Shown: piece by piece, positions 18,422 through 30,400 of the stretch | Numbering within the stretch: the first letter of the stretch is position 1 | Layout of the letters: the number at the start of each line of letters is the position of its first letter | DNA from: a virus | Length of the DNA stretch: 64,000 nucleotides | Reading direction: 5' to 3' (one strand) | Virus record (IMG/VR): IMGVR_UViG_3300029704_000004 | Notes under the pieces: model-generated | What the model saw: only the letters and a program-made list of their open reading frames with translations | The model's database searches: none | What the model was told of the DNA's origin: nothing | Position numbers and translations under genes: made by a program

Positions 18422-21400
18422 ATGGCTAATAATTGTAGTTTAAAATTTAATGAAACTAAGGTTTACACCAACCTTAAAGCTGAAGTTGGAAACGATGATG
18501 TTTTATTTAACAGCTTAATGAGTGCAGTAATTGATGGTTCTAGACCATCTGGTTTTAACAAGGAATTTGAAACCTATTATGCTAATAATTATGGTTCTAT
18601 TCCTAATACAAATGATGAAAGTAAAGAAGTTGCTACTGCTATTCAAAATTTTTATAAGAATAGAAATTTTAATGTAAATGAGCATACAACTGATTCTGCT
18701 TTCATTTCTGATGTTAAGTCTAAAGGTTATACTAGTACTGCTGCTAAAACTTGTGGTATTAGAACTACTGGTAATTTGATGTTAGCATTCTATCATAACG
18801 ATTTAATTAAAGGTCGTCTTGAAGAACATGCTGAAGATAGAAAAGATAATCTCGCAAATAGAGTTATAAATCGTATGTTGGGAGCTGTAGCAACAAATAT
18901 TCTTGAAGCTAGAAAAGTAGAAGCTACAAAAGAAGAAATTGCTAAAGTTCGTAAACAACTTATGAATACTAAGAGTAATGATTTTGTTAAGCTTGAGGAT
19001 GAAGTTTCTAAAACTACTCCTCAACTTAGAAATCAATTTGCTACTCTTAAAGATATGCTTTCTGATAAAGTTAAATATTTTACTCAAGTTATTCAAACTG
19101 ATGATAGACTTGGCGAAATTCGTTTTAAGAAAGATGATGATTTAAGTCAGCAAGAAGCAGATTGGAGTGAAAGTTTCGATATAGAAGATGATGATGATTT
19201 AAATCTTAACAATGCTGCTGATAATGCAAGTAACAACGAAAAAGATACTACTACTGCTCGTTGGGAAGATAATGGAACTAAATCTGACTTTATGAAAGAT
19301 TTTAGTTTTGCTGTTCGTAGTTATCTTTCAACTATTCCTAAACTTAGTAGTACAGAAGTAAGTGCTGACGGTAAATATCAATATGATAAAAGTAATCCTC
19401 TTGGAATGGTAGATTATATGGATTTTAAAGTCGTAAACTCTGCAATTAGAGGAGATATTGAAACTACTAATATTGATGCTTTTTTAAAGAAACTTGAAGA
19501 TATTGCAAAATCTAATAAAGAATATGCTGGTCTTGCTTATTTAGCTAATGACCTTAAAAAGAAACCAGATTTTGCTTATAAATTATTTCAAGTTTATAGA
19601 AGAAGAACTATAAGAAAACAGCAAGTTCGTATTGATGATAATTCTGTTTCTCCTACTAGAAGTAATAATCGTGCAGATAAACTTGAAACTTTAAGAATTA
19701 ATTATCTTAATGATATTAAGTCAACTGCTCTTAATATCATGATTGAAGATACTAATGATATTCTTGGAGCAATTAAAACTAAAATAGATGATTATAAGAC
19801 ACTTCAAAAAACTAAAGGATTTGATTTAAATAAACAAGCATTAAGTGCTGATATTATCAATGCTATTGCTAGTCGTTTAAAGCAATATTATCCTTCTCTT
19901 GATAAAGCTGCTATTGAAAGATTCGCTAGACTTAATGGAAAAGTTGACGGTAAAACTCCAAATATTGCTAATAATCTTACTCAACTTTATGGTTATCTTG
20001 AGAATACTGCAAAGTATGCTAACGAAACTCTTAATAATAAGCGAAATCTTGATAATAGATTTAAAGAAGCTAACAAGATTAAAGATAAGAAAGCTAAGAA
20101 AGAAGCTCTAGATAGTGTTCGTGAAGCTTATAAACAAGGCTATCTTTCTACTAATACAAAAGCTTATGCTCTTGAATTAGCTAAATCTTTAGCTCCATAT
20201 TCTGTAGTTAATATTGATTCTAATTCTACTAATGCTCTTGGTAATCAGTCTGCTGACCAAATTAATGACAGTATGATTACTAATTTCCTTAATGCAGTTA
20301 AAGCAACTTTAACTGAACAGCAAAAAGATGGAAGCAAAGTTTCTACTGAACTTATTAATTATGGAAAGTATAAGTTCCAAGGAGTACAATACAATCTTAG
20401 TGGTATTCTTATGGAACATCGTGATGAGAATGGTGCTGTAATTAATTATGGTCTTTTCTACAAAGATAAAGACGGTAATATTCAAATCACTAATTATGCT
20501 AGAGATATGGTTAATATCTCTTTGTTCGATGGTGCAGGAAATCCTAATACTAAAGATAATGTTCTTTATTCAGGTATGTCTAAAGGAGATTATGTATATA
20601 CAGGATTTGCTCAATACTTTAATACAGAGCAAAATCCTAAGATGCTTATGGGTGATTACTTTATGCGTATTCCTTCTGATGCTCCAAAGAACTTTGTAGT
20701 TCATGCTCCTAGATATAAAGTTGATGGCTTATTCTCTAAGATGCACGCTATTAAAAATGCTAAAGGTGAAGTTATAGCTAAAGAAGTTAGTGTTGATGAT
20801 ATTAACGAAAATCATCCAATAGTACAACAGTTTAGAAATATATTCAAACAGGAACTGTTGGATATGGTAAACTTTATCAACATTGTATTTGAAGTTAAAG
20901 AAAATACAGAAACTCTTGAAGATGGTACAGTTGTTGACCAAAGAGGAAGAATTGTATTTAATAATGACAATACTCCAATGTTTAAAAAAGGTTGGGGATT
21001 AGATGCTGAATCTGCTCGTAGAGTATTTGCTAATTATCATATTGGTAAAGGACATAAACATTTTATTGAAAAGAAAGGTGATGGTTGGGCATTTAATGGA
21101 CTTCTTTTTAAAGATGATAGATTTGTTCTTACAGATTATAAAACTGGTACAACTACAAAGTATGGTGACGATTTATTAAAATACTTGTTTCCTTCTCTTT
21201 ACGGGGGGGCTAGAGATGGCTTTATTCCTTTCACTACTAACGCTAATGGTGAAGTAGAACTTAACCTTACAGCAGACCAAGAAGCTATGATTACTAGAAT
21301 GGTTAAAGGTTTTGTAACTGACTATTCTAATAATGCTATTACTCGTATGAGCGAATATAAAGACCTTGACATTAATAATCTTATTAATGAAAAGAATAGT

Positions 21401-24400
21401 ATTGATTTTGCTCTTAATCATAGACTTATGTATATTGCTTTTAATGATATATTTGAAGGTGATACTAAGTTTTATAAAGATACTCAGACTTTCTTGAAAA
21501 GAAGTAAAGAGTCTCAAGCTAGTGGTGTTCCTTATGGTTTTGTTGATACAAGTCTTGACCTTAGAGAAAATAGCACAATAATTCAAGGAGCTTTTCTTAA
21601 TACTCCTGAAGTTCAATCTAGACTTAAAGCTATCGGTCTTGATGTTCAACAAAAGACTAAGTTTAATGGTATTACTATTAAGAATACTGTTAGAACTAGT
21701 GAGGAATGTAAAGTTGCTAAAACTTATCCAGATGGTAAAGTTGAAGGAGAAGATGGTATTCTTGTAAAAGACTTAGTAAAGAATTCTAAACTTACTCTTG
21801 AGCAAGCTAGAGATTTGATGGGCGGTCCTATTATGTATGATAATAATGGTAAGCCAAAACTTAATGCTGACGGAAGTTATAGACGTAGTGGTGGTTTTAG
21901 TAATACTACTATTAACGATGCTCAATCTTATATTACTTTTGAAGAATGGATTCGTCGTATTGCTGGTAGAGGTCAACTTAATGATTATCTTCCTTTGATT
22001 GAAGCTATTCAAGATGAAAGTAAAGAGATTCCTGCTGACTTATTGAAGAAGTTTGTGCAAGTACAGAAGAACTTCTACTATGACCAATATTATGATGATA
22101 AACTTAATACTATTGCTCCTCGTCAAATTAAGAATGCTGAATTTGTTCTTGTTCCAAGATTTATTAGAGGAACTCAACTTGAACAAGTTTATGAAGCAAT
22201 GAAAGCTAATAAGATTGACCAGCTTAATACTGAGGAAACTAGTAAAGCAGGTAAAGCTAGAGTACTTACTATCTTTGATGAGAAGACTGGTGAAGTTACT
22301 GAAGAGCATCTTAAAGATTTCAACAATAAAGCTGAAGATTATCGTGAGGAATACGATTATAATCATCTTTATACTCAGCAAGAAACTCCTCAACACATGA
22401 ATGCTAAGAATAAAGCTGGTATTCAGATTATGAAGAAGATACTTGATAATATTGATAGTAATAGTCCTCTTCATGCGTATAAAGAAGATTTCTTCAATAT
22501 GTATGTTGCTAATATTAAAGATAGTTTTAATAAGCTTGTTGATGAATTAAAGATTTCTCTTGATGAAGATGGTAATATTAAATTTGATGAGAGTGGAAAT
22601 ATTACAGGAGTAGATATGCAAGTATTCTTTGATAAACTCAAAGATGAGTGTATGAGACTTGGTCTTGATAGTAATATGATGGACTTTGTTACCCTTAATG
22701 CTAGTATGCCTATAGCTGCTAATGGTTGTCCAAATCCTGTAATGCCTACTTATCTTAGTAATGTAGTTAATAAGCTTGAGAGTATTTCCCAAGCTATGTT
22801 TAATAGTGCTATTACTCGACAAGAACTTCCTGGTTTTCATGCTGCTCAGATTACTAATGTTGGTTTTAAAGCAACTAAAGACCAAGTTAGTTATTCTAAA
22901 GAATTAAAGTATCATCCAAATGGTGAACGCTATATTGAAATAATGCTTCCTGCTAGTAATTTTGGCTTTGCTAAAAATGCTGATGGTACTTATAAAAAGA
23001 GCAAAGAAGAACTTCTTAAAGAACTTCAAGATGCTGGTCTTGATACTCTTATTGGTTATCGTATTCCAACTGAGGGTAAACAATCTGTTTGTGTAATGAA
23101 AGTAGTTGGTTTTCTTGATGATGCTCAAGGTTCTACTATTGTTGTTCCTGATGATTGGGTTTCTCAAACTGGTTCTGACTTTGATATTGACTCTGTATAT
23201 GGTATTCAATATAATACTTATATTGGAAGAGATGGTAATATTAAAAGAGCTACTTGGAAAGATACTGTAACTGAAAATGATTGGCTTAATTATGTAAGAA
23301 GAGAAACAGGTCTTAGACTTTCTGGTATCGACAATGAAAAATTTGAAAATATTAAGGCTGATGCTAAAGCTTCCACAAAAGCTGAGGCTAGAGATGCTAG
23401 AAAAGCAGAAATAGCAGAAATTAAAAATAGATTTGATGAAATTGAATCAGAAGCTTATTTTAATCTTGATGACGATACTAAAGAAGTTATTAAACTTATT
23501 CACGAAAAGATTAATGAAGCTTATGGACCAAAACCATCTAAAGCCAAGTATCAAGAACAGCTTGAAGTTGAAATATCTACTCTTACTGGTAGATTAGAAG
23601 AGTTCAAAGATATTTATATTGAAGAAGAATTAGATGCTATAAAAGATTATATTGAAGCTAAAAAACAAATTCTTAATAATGTTATAAATGGATTTGAACT
23701 ATCTGATGATTTTGATTATAATGCTATTAAATCTGAAAAGATTAAGAGTGCTATAAAAGCTTATAAAGATGAACAATTACGTTTAGCTAAACAAATTGCT
23801 AGAAGTTCTAGACTTTTACAATTTGAAGCTTATAAGAAGAAGTTTGATAGTGATGTTATTGGTAACAATACTCGTGAAGCTCGTAATAATAGACTTCTTG
23901 ATGATATGATTCATATTCTGCAAGCTAATGAATCTCTTGAAGAGAACCTTTCTCGTTCTAATTTTGAGAGTATTATTGCAGCTCGTGATAAAGTCATGAA
24001 TCCAGTAGTTAAAGAAGTTCGTGAAGCTAGAAGTCCTTATGACTTTCTTGACCAAGCTGCTTATCAAGAAGATGTAATGAGTGGTGCTAAACTTAAAGCG
24101 TTTAGTGTTACTAGAGATACTTTCTGTTCTGTATGTAATACAGTTCATCCTCATATTACAGATAAATATACTATTAAAGTTGCATATAGTAAAGATAAGT
24201 ATAATCTTGAAGAACTTCAAAAGAGATTTGAGAAAGTAGAAGAAACTGATGAAGGTTATGTTGTTACACATAATACTCTTGGTTGGACAAATGATAATAA
24301 AAATGTAGATGGTTATATTCTTACTGCATACAGTTCTCAGACTACTGCTCATATTCTTGATGCTGTTAAGGAAGGTGCTATTCCAAATGTAAATGATTTT

Positions 24401-27400
24401 ACTTTTGCAGTATATAAAACTCTTGCTGATATTGGTAGTAATTATGATACTGCTGTAGGTTTTATTATGCAACCTGCTATTACAAAAATTGTAAATGCTT
24501 ATAATGCTAATAAATCTATTTATTCAGATAAACATAATAAACCAATAGAAGAAGCTATTAGGTCATTAGGCAAAGAGATTCTTAATACTTATCATATTAA
24601 TACTGATAAAATGAATCTTGGTGAAATAGTTGCTAGAGTTAATGGATTACTTGGTACTAAGTATAGTTTAGATAAACATAATGATATTATTTTATCGCCT
24701 GATGAGTTAGCAAAGAGATTGCTTAATGATAAAAACCGCCCCGTAAAAGTAAGTATATATCAACATGATTGGGGTGTTCTTTTTGCTTATAATGATTTAG
24801 CTAAACTTTCTGATAAAATTGGTTCTACTGCAAGGGTTTGTAATCCTGATAGATTTGGTGCTAAACAAAGTATTTTCGCTACTCGTAAAGTATTTAATGA
24901 TATTGCAGATTTAATTGAAGATGAAAATCCAGCTTTAGTTGTTGGAACTTCTTCTATTGTTAATAGTATCTATGCAGGTTATGACCCTACTAAAGGTTTA
25001 AGAAGCTATATTACTAGTAATGCTAAAAGTGCATATCCTAGTCTTAATGCTTTCTTAAAATATGCTAGTGCTCCTTCTATTCTTGTAAATAGAATGTTGT
25101 TTGATACAGAACAAGATAATTTTAGAATAGCTAATAGAGCTATTGAAGTTATAAACGGTAGTAATAATGTTACTGAGAAAGATTATAAAGGTTTTACTCA
25201 GTATATTCTTAATGCTGCTTATAAACAAACAGATGCTGTTGTAAACAACTATACTTATGATGTAGAGAAGAAACAAACTATAGTAAATAAAGAATTTGAT
25301 GAAACGGATGAAGCTCTCAGAATTATGGGTTATGGTTGTACTCCTGATTTTACTTTTAATGTTAAAGATGTAACTAATCCTACACAAGAAGAAGTAAATG
25401 CTTGGAGTAAACTTAGTCCTGCTCAAAAAATTAGTTGGCTTAAATCTAATAGTGTTGATGCTGGTATATTCAATTATATAAATACTAATTTATTTAATGA
25501 ATATGAAATGAATAGAGATGGTCAAAGTCGTCAAACTATTCGTTTTAACGAAGATGCCGTTGATAATGAAACTGCTTATAATCTTTTTGATACTGCATTT
25601 AGTTCAGATAATCCATTAGTTAAACTTGCTGCTATGGATATGGTTAAGTATGCTTTTGTCGCAGAAGGTTTTAAAATAGGTAGAGGTGCTATTAATAAAT
25701 GTATTAAAAATACTGCTCTTCGTGATGAAAACACTTTTGTTCAATTTAATGGTGCTAGAACTAGTATTATTGCTCAAATTAAAGCTCAAGTAGATAATGC
25801 AGTTTCTAGAACTGATTTAGTTGAACAATATCTTAGAAGTGACCCAGGAGTTAGTAATGTTCCTCATAAATTTATGAATAAAAAATATAGTTCTATGTTC
25901 GAAACTGTAACTAGAGGAATGTACGAATTTAGTTTGGACGATAAAGATAATGCTATCGAATTTGGATTTGCTAGAGAAAGTAATGCAGAGTTCGTTCCAA
26001 TACAATTTAATAATTATATTTATATTACTAAAAAAGAAGGTAACGAAAGCGTTACTAGACTATATAAAATTGTTTCTCCTGACCTTGGTTCTGGTATAGG
26101 TTTTGCTTATCCATTAAATGGTTTGGAAGCTGGTGAAGATAGAGAAGTTAGTATTAATAATGCTAATAATAGTGTTCCTCTTCCAAGTTATTATGAAGCA
26201 GTTATTGATAACTTGATGAACAGTGAAGTTGCTGATTATACATTAGATGAATTAAATGAATTGTATAAGAAGCATGTTGCTACAACAAAAGTCAATAAAG
26301 TCAAAGCTGTTACACATTTTGATATAATGTCAGATGCTAATAATGATAATGGTGGAGCTAAAGATGCTATTAATAAGATTATTAAAACTTTCAACAATTA
26401 TGAAGGTAATAGAATCTTTATTCAAAATATGTATCTTTATGGTAAAACTAAATATGATTCATTTACTCCTCCTATTCATGTTGAAGGTGAAACTATTTCT
26501 AATGGTGGTGAACCTATTAGTATTAATGGAAACTTCTTATTTAGACGTGCTACTAAAGTAAGTATTGAAAGTCATAATATTCGTACAGGAGAACATATTG
26601 AGGAAAAACCTCAACTTGTTGAAATAGTTAGGGAAACTCCTATGGCTAGTTCTCGTGAAGAGGTAACTCTTGGTTCTGCAAGTTCTAAACTTGAACAAAG
26701 TCTTAGAACTACAACTGATTCTTTTGAAAAGAATATAGTAAAAGAACTTAATCGTAGAAGTGGTCTTGGAGATATAGAAGCTGGAAAACTTATGCGTCAA
26801 CTTCGTGGAGAAGGATTTGAACAAAGTACTAAAGGCTATAAAGAGTTTAAAGATAGCGTATTCTATAGTGGTTATGCTTATCTTAAACATAAAGTTAATA
26901 GTACTCTTGGAAAGTTTAGTCAATTCTACAGAGATGAAAATGGTAATTACTTTGCTATCAATAGTCCTGAAGTAATCAATGTTATTAAGAATAATCCTGC
27001 TTTACAAAGACAGTTCCTTGAAACACTTGCTGATGCTAATGCTATTGTTGATAAATTTGGAATTATTAATCAGATTAAAGCTGATGAAATTGAGAATCCT
27101 ACTTTGAAATTCTACATTGATGAAATGCAGAAGATGATTAAGGAACTCAGTAATAGTTCTATTATTGATGATGCAGAAGTTAAGTTTGGACTTGATTATC
27201 TTCAGAAACTTAGTAATGACCCTAATATTCAAAATGGTCTTATTAGTATATACGATGGTTTCCATTCTAGTGGTTGGCTTGATGCTTGGTTTGGTGATTT
27301 ACAAGAACAAGGTAACAGTCTTGTTCAAGTAGTTACTAGAAAAGTAATGGCTGATATTCGTGCTAAAGAAAGTCAAGCAAAAGATTTTGCTGTAGCTTTT

Positions 27401-30400
27401 GGAAAACATTTTGAAGACATTAAAGCTAGAGCTGCTAAAGTTGGTGTTTCAGTTGACATCAATAAGATATTTGATAAGAACGGAAATATAGTTCGTAATT
27501 ATACAGATAAATTTGTTGAAGATATTAAAGAACTTAAACGTAATGTAGCTAAAGCTAGAGTTAATGTTCAAGAGAATCCAATGGAATATATTCAAGCTAA
27601 ACATAAACTTGATAAGTTCCTTCTTGACCACGTTAATCGTGAATATGTTGATAGTTATTATCAGAAGCTTTATGATGAAGATGAATTTATTATTAATAAT
27701 CATCCTCAAATTTATTCTGAGTATGTAAAACTTCGAGAAGCTATTAGACAGATTAATAGTCGTAGAATTGATGGCGTTTTAAGTAAAGAGTTTGAAGATA
27801 AACTTGTCGAACTCAGAACTAAGATTAATGATTTAACTAGTCAATTTATTGGTAATGAGTATAAGCCAGCTTACGAATATGGTTTTCCTGGTACTGAACA
27901 AGCTCCTGATGGTAGCATTATTGTAACTAATCAAGAAGTTTATGATAATGCTCGTAAACAGTCTCTTAATGATGCCGTTCAATTAGACCAATATCTTAGA
28001 AGAATTAAAGATATTAAGGAAGAATATACTGCTAAAGAGGAGAAAGAGGGTTTCCATGATATGCTTGATAAAATGCTTAATATTATTGATAATGCTGAAG
28101 TTAGAGATTCTAACGGTAAAGTCACTACTCCAGCTAGTCAGCTTGACACTAATAAAGAGTATAAGAAAGCTAAAGAATGGATTGCTAATAATGCTCATTG
28201 GTCAGTAGATGATGTTCTTAAAGTTAGAATTGAAGATGCTTATAAAAAACTTGGTATTACTAATTTCAAAGCTTCTAAAGCTAGAGCATTTATTAAAGAT
28301 AAACTAGCTAAAGGTGAACAGATTTATGATGAGTTTGGTAATATTGATGCTAGTAAGTTTACTAATACAGAGATTGCTGCAATTAAAGAAGACGTAGAAC
28401 GTAATTATGGTACAACTAATACCTCTTTATTCTCTGATAGAAATCTTATAAATTCAGCTGAACCAACTAATGAAGCTGCTCCTAGTGAGTTCTTTAAAAT
28501 GCTTAATAGTGGCGGTATGACTAATCCTGAGTATCAAGAGATTATCACTAAGATTAATAATATTACTCGTAAATATTATAATAGTGCTGCTAAAATAGTT
28601 GAAACTTCTAAGATGAGTATCGAAGATTTGAAATCTCTTGGAGACCTTTACGATGAATTAGATAAAACTAAGAAACATAAAGGAAAAGGCAGTTACGATG
28701 CTTATCAAGCATATAGTAAATATGCTAAAGAAAATGTAAACGAACAAGCTTATTATTCTGAAGAAGATGAAGCTAAGAAGCGAACTGAACCAGAGTTCTA
28801 TACTTTATGGAAGCGAGTTAATGCTAGATATGAAGTTCTTAGAGATAAGAAAGGTAAAATAGTTATTGATGAAACAACTGGTAAAGCTGTTTATGATTTA
28901 ACTAAAGCACCAACACCTAATCATTGGCTTTATACTACTATTGCTCCTAATGATGCTTATTGGGAAGATTTAAACAAACGTGACCCTAAAGAAGCAGCCA
29001 GACAAAAGAAAGAAGTTGAGGATAAAACTAAAGCTCAAGAGTTCCTTAGTAATACTCTTGAAACTATTAATACTCCTCAATATTATAAAGCTAAAAATGC
29101 TGCTCTTGCAAAAGGTATCGCTTATTATAAAGAATGGTATAATAACAATCATGTTTACAATCCATTTACTCATGCTTACGAAGCTCTTCCTATTTGGAAT
29201 AGAACAAGAGTTATTCCTAGTATAGATAATGGTGAGTATTCTCCTAATTGGACTCAGACTACTCTTACTCCTAAAGCTCATTATAAGAATCCAAATTATA
29301 TTGAAGGCTATACAGATAATGAAAATTATAAAACTGTTGAAACTGATGATAAAAATGGAACTACTCATGTTCCTGGTTATGATAATAATTTAGGACTTAA
29401 TGAGTACGAGCAAGAAGCTAAACAATATATTCAAGATACTCTCATGAGTTTTGCTAAAACTGAAACTGCAAAGAGAGCTATTGCTAGTGGAATGGCTCCT
29501 CATAGAGCTAAGAAAGCAGAACATGACGCTAAATGGGCTGCAAAGCAAGCTAAAGAGTTTATTGGATTTAGTGATATGCTTCCTAGCGGTAAAGATAGTT
29601 GGTATGAGAAGATTGATTACTCTGAAGATAGAACTATCGATATGCCTATGCTAATGACTCAACTTAAAAATAAGGAGAGTGTTGACTTGGATAATATTCG
29701 TAGTACTAAACCGAAGAGAGAAACTTATGCTAGTGATGAAGCTTATGAAAAAGATTTAGAAGCTTATCAAAAACGTATTGATGAAGCAATTAAGAAAAAC
29801 GAAGAAATACATCAAAAACTTCTTGATAGAGATTATATTGGTGCTATTCAAGATTTCATTAGTGCTGCCGGACATTATAATGCTATTCAAGACAATAAAC
29901 AATTATTGTTCTATACACATAGAATGTTAGGTAAGATGAAAGCTTATGATACTAATCTTGGTTGGAATAACTTACGTAAAGATAGTCAAACTAGTACAAG
30001 TGATGAAACTTCTTATATTGAGAAAGTTGATACTCGTCTTCAAGAACAATTTGATAACTGGGTTCGTAGATTAGTTTATGACCAATATAAAATTCCTCAG
30101 AATAAGTTAACTAGAACTGCTAGTATGCTTCAAAGTTTTACTAGTGCTAAATTTATGATGTTAAACATTACGGGTGGTATTGGTAACATAACTGTTGGTG
30201 AATCTGCTATTGCTGGAGAATATATAGCTAAAGAGTACTTCACTCCTACAGGTTGGTTAAAAGGAAAGAACATGTGGAGACATGCTATTCCAAGCTTTAT
30301 TAGAGGTATGGCTAACGAAGATAGTACAACACTTGCTGATGCTCTTGTTAAGTTTATGAATATTGTTGACTTTGATGAAGTTAATAATAGACCTACAGTA